A stretch of DNA of 64,000 bases from Terriglobia bacterium (GTDB lineage: Bacteria; Acidobacteriota; Terriglobia; Bryobacterales; Bryobacteraceae), in the NCBI GenBank assembly GCA_020073265.1, contig JAIQFN010000005.1:76110-140109 (forward strand), given 5' to 3'. Both the position numbers and the translations under genes were made by a program. Below, in pieces: positions 33,438-41,578 of the stretch (position 1 is the stretch's first letter; each line of letters begins with the position of its first letter). The notes under the pieces were generated by a model that was not told the DNA's origin, made no database searches, and saw nothing but the letters and a program-made list of their open reading frames with translations.

Positions 33438-34658
33438 ATGAGACGGCTCGGCATAGCGCTGCTCGTTATAGCCCTGGTCAGAGTTGCCGCGGCGCAAACC
33501 GGCTCAGTCCGCCCGGGGGATTTGCTGCCGCCCTGGTCGCCCGGCACGCTGGACATCCATCAGATCGCGAACGGGGGCGGTAACGCCGCGTTCATGATGT
33601 TTCCAGATGGGACCACGCTGCTTCTCGACGCAGGCGATGCGGAACTGCGGCCAGACGGTTCGCGGACGGCCGCACAATTGATCGCGCGATACATCCGGCA
33701 TATGGCGGGGTCCGACGCGCGGCTCGACTATGCGGTGATCACGCACTTTCATCCCGATCACATGGGGGCGATCACGGGTTCCGAGCCGCTCTCGACGCAC
33801 GGCGATTATCGTCTGCGCGGTATTACCGAGCTCGGCGAAACGTTACCCATCGCGCGTCTGGTTGATCGCGGTTGGCCGGATTACCAGTATCTGCCGCCGC
33901 CCGCCAACGATCGGACATTCGCGAACTATCGGCGGTTCGTTGGCGAGAACACAGCGGCAGGACGGTTCACGATGATCGGAGCGCAGGCGGGAAGCACGAG
34001 TCAGATCACGCCGGTTCGCAGGCCCGATCCCCAGCTCCCGTTCGAAGTGCGAATCGTCGCCGTCAACGATCGGGTGTGGACTGGAAAGGGCAACGAGACC
34101 AAGGTGCGATTTCCGGCGCTCGACTCGATTCCGCTGCGCGAAGATTGGCCCAACGAGAACATGTGCAGTGTCGCGATCCGGATCAGGTATGGCCGATTCG
34201 ACTACTTCACGGGCGGTGACATGGCCGGCTATCCAGTGCCCGGGGCGGCGGCATGGCACGACGAGGAGACCGATGTCGCACGAGCTATCGGCCCGACCGA
34301 TGTCCAGGTGGTGAATCACCATGGCTCGCTGGAAGTAGAGAACCCGTTTTGGCTGGCGACCTTGCGTTCGCGCGTGATGATCCTGCCGGCGTGGGCGGCC
34401 ACTCATCCGTCGCCGGATGTTCTCAAGCGAATGCTGTCGCCGCGCATCTATCCGGACCGGCGCGATATCTTCGTGACGCTGTTGCGCGATGCAACCAAGG
34501 CGGCGATTGGCGAGCGCGCCGCGCAGGTTGCCTCCGATCACGGGCATATCGTCGTTCGGGTGGAGCCAGGTGGCGCCCGGTACTGGGTGCTGGTGCTGGA
34601 TGATGCGGCCGAGAGCTATCGCGTAACTTCAGTGCATGGGCCTTATGAGTCCGAGTAG
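33438..34658 (+). CDS. secreted MBL-fold metallo-hydrolase
   Basis: Signal MRRLGIALLVIALVRVAAAQ. LLLDAGD and ITHFHPDHMG (HxHxDH). Confidence 0.8.
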   Translation: MRRLGIALLVIALVRVAAAQTGSVRPGDLLPPWSPGTLDIHQIANGGGNAAFMMFPDGTTLLLDAGDAELRPDGSRTAAQLIARYIRHMAGSDARLDYAVITHFHPDHMGAITGSEPLSTHGDYRLRGITELGETLPIARLVDRGWPDYQYLPPPANDRTFANYRRFVGENTAAGRFTMIGAQAGSTSQITPVRRPDPQLPFEVRIVAVNDRVWTGKGNETKVRFPALDSIPLREDWPNENMCSVAIRIRYGRFDYFTGGDMAGYPVPGAAAWHDEETDVARAIGPTDVQVVNHHGSLEVENPFWLATLRSRVMILPAWAATHPSPDVLKRMLSPRIYPDRRDIFVTLLRDATKAAIGERAAQVASDHGHIVVRVEPGGARYWVLVLDDAAESYRVTSVHGPYESE

Positions 34659-34729
34659 CCGGCAGTCACGCGTGGCGGCGGCGCGCACTGCGCCGGGCTG
34701 ACGGACAGCCCGCGATTGGCTTTGAGGAG

Positions 34730-35152
34730 TCAAGGTTCTTTGCGAGGATAACGCCGGCACTGGATCAGGACACGACGTTCCGTCACGCGGCCGAGCAGGT
34801 TTAGCCGAAGCAGGCGAACGGTGGCTGCGCCGACGGAGGTGAGAGGAATGATCTCTCCGGCCTCGAGCCGGAAATGGTCCAGCCACCGATCTTTCCTCGG
34901 ATGGAAGAGCGGGCTGACGCGATCCGGTTCGAAACCCAAGCTGGCGATGTCGGAACCCTTCCAGGCGTTGCAGCGGATGCACGCGAATGCGAGATTGTCA
35001 GGCGAGGAACTCCCGCCGTGCTTGCGGCTGATGATGTGATCGATTTGATGCGGGGTGAAGGAGTCTTCTTCATGGAGGAGGCAATATTCGCAACGACGAG
35101 CTGCTCGACTGGAGACGAGCAATCGCACATCGGCGGGGATTTCAGCGCGCAT
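34730..35152 (-). CDS. HNH endonuclease
   Basis: CEYCLLHEEDSFTPHQIDHIISRKHGGSSSPDNLAFACIRCNAWKG has Cys pairs plus H-N-H. Confidence 0.85.
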   Translation of the reverse strand: MRAEIPADVRLLVSSRAARRCEYCLLHEEDSFTPHQIDHIISRKHGGSSSPDNLAFACIRCNAWKGSDIASLGFEPDRVSPLFHPRKDRWLDHFRLEAGEIIPLTSVGAATVRLLRLNLLGRVTERRVLIQCRRYPRKEP

Positions 35153-35161
35153 GAGCGGCGG

Positions 35162-35413
35162 TTACGACCGGAGACGGACTTGCGCTCGCGCCTTGGCCAT
35201 GATCATGAGGTGTTCGAGCCGCAAGTATTCCTCGAGTTCCTCATTCTCGCTGGGCGTGATGGCGCCTTCGCCGCGGCGGTCGATCAATTCTCGGACGCGG
35301 GCCTGAGCTTGCTCGGACGGGCGGAAGTTGGCAATGGATTCAGCGGTGGTTCCCGCGGCGAGAAAATCAAGGATTTCGTCGACAGCCTGCGTCAGTGTCA
35401 TCCTGCCCTTCAT
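35162..35413 (-). CDS. small helical protein, partner of HNH gene
   Basis: 83 aa; …ITPSENEELEEYLRLEHLMIMAKARAQ…. It ends 9 nt before the HNH start. Confidence 0.55.
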   Translation of the reverse strand: MKGRMTLTQAVDEILDFLAAGTTAESIANFRPSEQAQARVRELIDRRGEGAITPSENEELEEYLRLEHLMIMAKARAQVRLRS

Positions 35414-35618
35414 GATATCCTGCGCAGGGCTGTTATCGTCACCTGGAAATCCTCAGCGGAGCCTTCCGCTTTCTAAAGCCCGGAGAGCGGTGGCAATCGG
35501 AAGGCACAGACGGCGCGCCGGTCAACGGTGTGAGCAATCGTGAACGGCGGCCACCGAGGGATTACTACATAGGCGACCTGCTATGCTTCCATAGGACACT
35601 GGAACACTTCGTTCGCGC

Positions 35619-36171
35619 ATGCCCAAGCAGAAGCCCTCGGCCGCTGAGCAGTCGCCGATGAGCGTCGAGCTGGTTGCTCGCCGCATTTATCGGATCCGGG
35701 GAGAGAGAGTTATGCTCGATTCCGACCTGGCGGAGCTATATCAGGTCGAAACGTACAATCTCAACAAGGCGGTGAAACGCAACCGCAATCGCTTTCCCGA
35801 GGACTTCATGTTTCAACTCACGAAGGAAGAGACCGAATCTTTGACATTCCAATTTGGAAGGTCAAAGGCGAGGGGCCGCGGCGGACGGCGCTACTTAACC
35901 TTACGCCTTCACCGAACACGGCGTCGCCATGCTCTCCTCGGTGCTCCACAGCGACCGCGCCGTCCAGATGAACATCCTCATCATCCGGGCCTTCGTGCAG
36001 ATTCGCGAACTTCTGGCCACCAACAAAGATCTGGCCGCCCGCGTGGAGAAATTGGAAGCCGGCCAGAAGGAGCACGCCTCCATCATTGGTATCCTGGCAG
36101 AAGAAATCGACGAACTGAGGCTCCTGCCCGAACCGCCCAAGCGTCGCATCGGCTACAAGACTGAACCTTGA
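35619..36171 (+). pseudogene. ORF6N (KilA-N-related) domain gene disrupted by a +1 frameshift
   Basis: Frame 1 reads [49 protein letters not shown]…GGRRYL. Frame 2 continues from 35899 as [37 protein letters not shown]…. An extra base sits in ctacTTAAcc (~35896-35898). Confidence 0.7.
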
Positions 36172-36404
36172 CCACTGGAGGGCGATTGGAGACCTCCAAA
36201 ACTGCCAAGTCCTAACCTGCTGATGCTAAAAGACCTAAGCCTCCTCGACTGCCGGCTTTCCGACCGGTCGGCAGGGTCAACCCGGTTACCGGCACCCCCG
36301 GAAACCCCTGTGCCTCTTTGCTTTCCGATACAAGCCCTTGTAACCTAACAGTTTGGCGGTACGCCTGTAAAGCGAAGGCAGGCGGCTGGCCTTTCGAGAG
36401 CCGC

Positions 36405-36998
36405 ATGCTGGTTGAATTCGAGCAGATTCAAAGGGCGCAAGCCGGCGATGACGCCGCGTTCAATCAGGTAGTGGTTGCGTATCGGAAGAGGATTTTAGGA
36501 ACGATTGCTCGATTGATCGGGCGGCCGGAAGATGTAGAAGATGTAGCGCAGGAAGTTTTCCTGCGGTTGTATTATTCGCTCGATCAGCTTCGGACCCCCG
36601 AGGTTTTCGAGCCGTGGTTGTACCGGCTGACGGTGAACGCTTCGTACGATTATCTGCGCAAGCAAAGGCGCAGGAACGAGGCGCGCATGTCGGACCTGAG
36701 CGAGCAGCAGGTCATGATGGCCGATGCAGCCGCCGGTGGCAAGGTTTCGACCGAAGAGCACCGGCAAAAACAGGTGAAGGATTTAGTGGATTCGCTCCTG
36801 GGAGCGGTTTCCGAGCAGGATAGAATCCTTCTGACCTTGAAAGAAGTGGAAGGGCTTTCGTTGAAAGAGCTTGAAAAGATTTACGCAGTGAACGAAAATG
36901 CTCTAAAGGTCCGGCTTTTTCGGGCCCGGCAGCGGGTCCTCAACGCTTACGAGGCGGCCAAGAAGGGCGCCGGGAGCAAGCCGGCCGAGCGAAAGTAG
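36405..36998 (+). CDS. ECF sigma factor (sigma-70 family)
   Basis: EDVAQEVFLRLY, PWLYRLTVNASYDYLRKQRRR (region 2) and LKEVEGLSLKELEKIYAVNENALKVRLFRARQ (region 4). Confidence 0.85.
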   Translation: MLVEFEQIQRAQAGDDAAFNQVVVAYRKRILGTIARLIGRPEDVEDVAQEVFLRLYYSLDQLRTPEVFEPWLYRLTVNASYDYLRKQRRRNEARMSDLSEQQVMMADAAAGGKVSTEEHRQKQVKDLVDSLLGAVSEQDRILLTLKEVEGLSLKELEKIYAVNENALKVRLFRARQRVLNAYEAAKKGAGSKPAERK

Positions 36999-37033
36999 AA
37001 TGATGCTAAAGTCGAGGAGGCGCCGACACCAGC

Positions 37034-37378
37034 ATGGAACATTCAAATAACGGACTTCGAAACGACGATCTCGACGGTCTGTTTGCACAATACAAAGCTG
37101 CCTTGCCGGATCCGGAGGCGAGCGCGAACTTCATGCCCGAACTGTGGCGGAAGATCGAAGGCCGCCAGAGCGTTCTGGTTCGCGTCAAGCGGCTGACCCA
37201 GATATTCGTGGCCACCGCGGCAGCCATTTGCCTGCTGTTCGCCATCCTGCTCCAGGTCCCCAGCCGCACGGAGCTGCGCGGCAACTACGTGGACATCCTC
37301 GCGGAAGCCCAGCCCGCCGAGAACCTGGCCGCCATGGGGATCGTTCCGCGCGACAGCACAGAGGTGAACCTGAAGTGA
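37034..37378 (+). CDS. putative anti-sigma factor / single-pass membrane protein
   Basis: Position directly after the ECF gene. One TM segment, IFVATAAAICLLFAILL. No diagnostic motif. Confidence 0.5.
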   Translation: MEHSNNGLRNDDLDGLFAQYKAALPDPEASANFMPELWRKIEGRQSVLVRVKRLTQIFVATAAAICLLFAILLQVPSRTELRGNYVDILAEAQPAENLAAMGIVPRDSTEVNLK

Positions 37379-37776
37379 AGCGCTGGAGCCTGCCGATCGC
37401 TCTGTATCTGTTCGTCGTGTTTGTCAGCGGCGCGGTGGTCGGCGCTCTCGGTTACCGCACCTACAATCCCCCTCCTTCTTCGTCCAACACAGTTCGAAAC
37501 CCGAACCCCGAGGAATGGCGGCGGCAGTATTTGCAGGAACTGCGGACGCGCGTCAACATGACCGACGACCAGATCCAGAAAGTGGAAGGCATGCTCGACC
37601 AGACTCGCGCGAACTTCCGCGACGCCCGCACCAAGCACAATGACGCCGTCAAGCAAATCGGCGAGCAGTATCGCGAAATGGTCCGCTCCCTTCTCACGCC
37701 GGATCAAGTGCCCAAGTACGAACAATTCCGGCAGGAACGCGATCAGCGGATGAAGCAACAGCAACCCAAGCGCTAG
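37375..37776 (+). CDS. Spy/CpxP-like periplasmic protein (LTXXQ motifs), membrane-anchored
   Basis: GTG start overlapping the previous stop (GTGA). N-terminal hydrophobic segment. MTDDQ and LTPDQ motifs in a helical, charged body. Confidence 0.55.
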   Translation: MKRWSLPIALYLFVVFVSGAVVGALGYRTYNPPPSSSNTVRNPNPEEWRRQYLQELRTRVNMTDDQIQKVEGMLDQTRANFRDARTKHNDAVKQIGEQYREMVRSLLTPDQVPKYEQFRQERDQRMKQQQPKR

Positions 37777-37895
37777 ACCGGGCTTCTTCCGATTCCCCAT
37801 CTCCCGCATCACGCGAAAAGTCTGCCAACGTGCCGATTTTGGTTGACAAGCTCCCCGTTGCGATTTATCCTATGCATAGGAATGCGAGGTATTCG

Positions 37896-38207
37896 ATGAA
37901 CCTCCGAGGAACCTTGCCGACGTTGATCCTGGAAGCGATCGAGCGAGAACCGAACCACGGCTACAGCATTGCCCAGCGCATCAAGAAGCGCTCGCGGGGC
38001 GTATTGGACTTCAAAGAGGGCACGTTATATCCGGCGCTCCACAAGTTGGAGAATGAGGGGCTGGTGACCTCTTATGAGGGTGCCGAGAAAGGCCGGCCAC
38101 GACGCTACTATCGGATCACGGAAGCGGGTCTCGCGGTATTGGCGAATGACCGGGCCGAATGGCGGAAGGTTTCCGGGGCAGTCAACTTAATCCTAGGGGA
38201 GGCGTGA
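37896..38207 (+). CDS. PadR-family transcriptional regulator
   Basis: LILEAIEREPNHGYSIAQRIKKRSRGVLDFKEGTLYPALHKLENEGLV…RRYYRITEAG. ATG 37896 has gagg 6 nt upstream; ATG 37872 is also possible. Confidence 0.85.
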   Translation: MNLRGTLPTLILEAIEREPNHGYSIAQRIKKRSRGVLDFKEGTLYPALHKLENEGLVTSYEGAEKGRPRRYYRITEAGLAVLANDRAEWRKVSGAVNLILGEA

Positions 38208-38210
38208 GCG

Positions 38211-38867
38211 ATGACCAATTTGAAGATGGAAAACAGCGCGGCTCTGGAGGCTTGGCTGAAACAGGCTACCCATCACCTGTCCGCCGCATCCGTTTCAAAG
38301 GTTCGGACCGAGATTCAAGAGCACTACGAATCGGCGCTCGAATACGCTCAGGGCGGTGGAGCAACCGCCGAAGAAGCAGACTGCGCGGCGGTAGCTGCCT
38401 TAGGCGATGCCAAGGCGGCGAGTCGGCAATATCGGAAGGTTCTGCTAACTTCCGGTGAAGCCAGGCTGCTGCGCGAAGCGAGTTGGGAAATCCGGGCCGT
38501 CTGCTCCCGGCCGTGGCTTCGTTGGCTCTTTTTGATTCCCGTTGCCGGGTTGTGTGCCGGCATCGCGTTCACCGAGCACGGTGAGACTCAAACAGGCTGG
38601 TTGCTCCTGTTGGGGATGGCGGGACTGAGTCTGCTCCTGGCAGCTCCGTTCCTGCCGATCTACACGCCGGCCCGGGGCCGCCTGTTCCGTTGCGTGAGGT
38701 GGGCCTGGCTGGTCGCCGTCCTGGCCTTGGCGTGCGGACCGAACTTCCTGGCTCAGTCCTGGATGTTCTTTGTCTTAGCCTGGCCGATCGCCTGGGTGGA
38801 ATGGACGCAAATCTCGCTGCGGCGGAAACTTCCCGTGGCGGAGTGGCCCAAACAGTTGTATCTCTGA
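38211..38867 (+). CDS. membrane protein downstream of PadR
   Basis: Helical N-terminal domain plus about 4 TM segments. This is the usual PadR-partner position. Confidence 0.6.
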   Translation: MTNLKMENSAALEAWLKQATHHLSAASVSKVRTEIQEHYESALEYAQGGGATAEEADCAAVAALGDAKAASRQYRKVLLTSGEARLLREASWEIRAVCSRPWLRWLFLIPVAGLCAGIAFTEHGETQTGWLLLLGMAGLSLLLAAPFLPIYTPARGRLFRCVRWAWLVAVLALACGPNFLAQSWMFFVLAWPIAWVEWTQISLRRKLPVAEWPKQLYL

Positions 38868-39010
38868 GGCCGGGGGCCGAACCCAGCAGTTTTAGCAGCC
38901 GAATCAAAGGTAAGCGATATAACACTGTAACCCTTATCTTGCTCCCTACGCCACTAAGGAGTAAACTATTTAAGGCTGTACAAGATCTAGACTTACGGGA
39001 GGCGATTCTA

Positions 39011-40450
39011 ATGATGAATGCCAGGTTCCTGGGCGGGATGTGGCGCGGCGTTGGAACGAGCGTGCTGGCAATCGGCAGTTTCCTGATGTTGTCGGGTTTC
39101 TTGATGGCGGCGGAGCCGGGCGGAACGACCACTGGCGCGGCCACCAAAGTGGTGACCTTCACCAAGGACGTCGCACCGATTTTCCAGGCCAAGTGCGAAG
39201 AGTGCCACCGCAAGGATTCGATGGCTCCCATGTCGCTGGTGACCTACCAGGAATCGCGGCCCTGGGCGCGATCCATCAAAGAGCGCGTGGTGCAACATCA
39301 GATGCCGCCATGGCATCTCGACAAGACCGTCGGCATTCAAGAATTCGCCAACGATCGCTCCTTGAGCGACGAACAGATCGCCACCATCGTGAAATGGGTG
39401 GACTCCGGCGCGCCGCAGGGCGATCCGAAGGACATGCCCGCCGCCAAGCAGTGGCCCAGCAACGACGGCTGGCAGTTGGAAAAGCAATTCGGCCGCGCTC
39501 CGGACCTGGTGATCAAGTCGAAGGACTACTGGATGCCGGCCGTGGGCCAGGATCAGTGGTGGAAGCCGCTGACCGAGCTTCCGGAGATCACCGAGGCTCG
39601 CTGGGTGCGCGCGGTTGAGATGCGTCCCAGCACCACACCGGGCCGCAAGATCACGCACCACGCCATCGCTCATTTGCAGCAGAACGAGCGCAACAATCCT
39701 CTGGCGGGCGATGACAACGCCACCGCAGCCGCTGCCGGCGGAGGAATCCTGATGGAATGGGCCATCGGCAAGACTTATGATGTGTACCGTCCCAACACCG
39801 GCAAGCTCATCCTGCCGGGCGCCAGGATTTCGTGGGACATCCACACGCACGCCGTCGGCGAACCGATCACCGATCACGTCGAGCTGGCGGTCTGGCTGTA
39901 TCCCAAGAACGAAGTTCCCAAGTACAGAACCTATCTGACGATGTTCAACGCCGCTCGCTCCGGAGCCGGCGAAGCTCTGGATATTCAACCCAACACGATC
40001 GCCGAGACGCAGGGTTTCCACGTCCTCAGGCAAGCGGCCCGGCTGGAGAATTTCCAACCGCACATGCATCTGCGCGGCAAGGCCATGTTGCTGGAAGCCA
40101 TTCTTCCGGATGGCACGACGCAAACTTTGAGCTACGTCAACAATTTCAATTTCAACTGGATGAACAATTACATCTACACCGACGAGTCGGCGCCGGTGCT
40201 CCCGAAGGGCACCATCATCCATGTGACGGCGTGGCACGACAATACGACCGCTAAGGCGTCCAACCCGGATCCGAACCAGTGGGTGGGCTGGGGCGATCGC
40301 ACGGTGGACGAGATGGCGCACGCCTGGGTCAACGTGACCTATATCAGCGACGAAGATTATAACGAGTGGGCGGCGAAGCATAAGCCGGCTCGCGGAGCCG
40401 GGCGCGGCCCGAATCGGGCAGCCGCAACTCCGCCCGCTCAGAACAACTAA
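39011..40450 (+). CDS. c-type heme domain fused to PHM/DBH-like copper monooxygenase domain
   Basis: RBS gggagg. Signal/TM segment. FTKDVAPIFQAKCEECHRKD (CxxCH). Candidate Cu ligands THHAIAH (HH), IHTHA, PHMHLRG (HxH) and VDEMAHAW (Met), spaced as in peptidylglycine monooxygenase. Confidence 0.6.
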   Translation: MMNARFLGGMWRGVGTSVLAIGSFLMLSGFLMAAEPGGTTTGAATKVVTFTKDVAPIFQAKCEECHRKDSMAPMSLVTYQESRPWARSIKERVVQHQMPPWHLDKTVGIQEFANDRSLSDEQIATIVKWVDSGAPQGDPKDMPAAKQWPSNDGWQLEKQFGRAPDLVIKSKDYWMPAVGQDQWWKPLTELPEITEARWVRAVEMRPSTTPGRKITHHAIAHLQQNERNNPLAGDDNATAAAAGGGILMEWAIGKTYDVYRPNTGKLILPGARISWDIHTHAVGEPITDHVELAVWLYPKNEVPKYRTYLTMFNAARSGAGEALDIQPNTIAETQGFHVLRQAARLENFQPHMHLRGKAMLLEAILPDGTTQTLSYVNNFNFNWMNNYIYTDESAPVLPKGTIIHVTAWHDNTTAKASNPDPNQWVGWGDRTVDEMAHAWVNVTYISDEDYNEWAAKHKPARGAGRGPNRAAATPPAQNN

Positions 40451-40462
40451 GCAGCCTTTCAA

Positions 40463-40505
40463 GGAGCAGCGGGCAATTGAGCGCGCTGCTCCCTGTTCGT
40501 ATTTC
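40463..40505 (+). terminator. candidate intrinsic terminator
   Basis: GGAGCAGCG, a 12-nt loop, then CGCTGCTCC, followed by ctgttcgtatttc. It lies 13 nt after the stop. Confidence 0.35.
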
Positions 40506-40619
40506 CGCCACAAGAGCGTTGGCATCTGACGCCGATGCGCGAGTTGACGAATTGTATCCGCGAGTCGTAGATTTTTTCCGGATGCGACTTCAACCTTACT
40601 ATTCAGGAGTATTTTGAAA

Positions 40620-41522
40620 ATGCAACGACAGCGTTGGTCCGTTGCCGGCCCGAGTGTCATAGTTCTGCTTGCCAGTGCGGCTTTGATCTGGGCGGCGCAG
40701 TTGCCCCTGGAGCCGGCCCACACCTCCGGGCAGAACATCACGCCCGCTTACGAAGGCTGGTACGCGAATAAAGACGGCAGCATAAATATTATGATGGGCT
40801 ACTACAACCGGAACCTGAAAGAAGACATGGATATTCCGGTTGGCCCGAACAACCACATCGATCCCGGCGGGCCGGACCTCGGCCAGCCCACGCACTTCCT
40901 GCCCGGCCGGCAGTGGGGCGTGTTCACCATGACGGTCCCCAAGGATTTCGCTCCGAAGAAACTGGTCTGGACCATCGTCGCCAACGGCAAGCCCGCTGTC
41001 GTGCCAGCCAACCTGGACCCGGTCTACGTGGTCTCTCCGTTCATCGACGCCACCGACAATACGCCGCCGTTCCTCGCATTTTCCGCCGCCGGTCCCTTTA
41101 CCCAAGGCCCTCCGCGCAAGATCGACGAAACGCTCAACGCGGTCGTAGGCGAACCCCTCAAGCTGGACGTATGGATCGCCGATGACGCCAAGGTGCCTCC
41201 GTCCGCGGCGGCAGGTGGCGGCGGAGGTGGACGCTTTGGAAGGGCCACCCCGGCGACGGTTACATGGGTCAAGTTCCGCGGCCCCGGCGACGTGAAGTTC
41301 GATAAGAACAAACCGCCGGTGGAAAAGGCCGAGTTCAAGGCTCCGCCGCCCGCGGTCTTCACCGGCACCGCTTCGACCACTGCGACCTTCAGCGCGCCGG
41401 GCGACTACCTGCTGGAAGTGGTGGGCAACGACATCTCCGGAGACGGCGGCCGCGGCTTCCAATGCTGCTGGACCACCGCGCAGGTGAAGGTCACCGTCAA
41501 GGGCGCAGCGGGCGCCAAGTAG
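40620..41522 (+). CDS. secreted hypothetical protein
   Basis: aggag lies 10 nt upstream of ATG 40620. Signal VIVLLASAALIWAA. Gly-rich linker AAAGGGGGGRFG. Ends …GFQCCWTTAQVKVTVKG. Confidence 0.6.
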   Translation: MQRQRWSVAGPSVIVLLASAALIWAAQLPLEPAHTSGQNITPAYEGWYANKDGSINIMMGYYNRNLKEDMDIPVGPNNHIDPGGPDLGQPTHFLPGRQWGVFTMTVPKDFAPKKLVWTIVANGKPAVVPANLDPVYVVSPFIDATDNTPPFLAFSAAGPFTQGPPRKIDETLNAVVGEPLKLDVWIADDAKVPPSAAAGGGGGGRFGRATPATVTWVKFRGPGDVKFDKNKPPVEKAEFKAPPPAVFTGTASTTATFSAPGDYLLEVVGNDISGDGGRGFQCCWTTAQVKVTVKGAAGAK

Positions 41523-41578
41523 CCAGCAGGATCGAACGCCGGCACCTCCGCCGGGCGATACACTTGAGTTGTCGTGTC

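Noticed and set aside
33244-33497. 65-aa and 60-aa ORFs in the 330-nt spacer before the MBL hydrolase gene. Also considered a riboswitch here.
   Set aside because: No protein-like features were seen, and no conserved riboswitch motif that I can recognise by eye.
36290-36400. Attempted to spot an autoregulated ECF promoter (GGAAC-N16/17-CGT-like) upstream of the sigma gene, for example GGAAAC…CCGATA and GTAACC…CGCC.
   Set aside because: Spacing and -10 elements do not fit convincingly. Without orthologous alignments this would be a guess.
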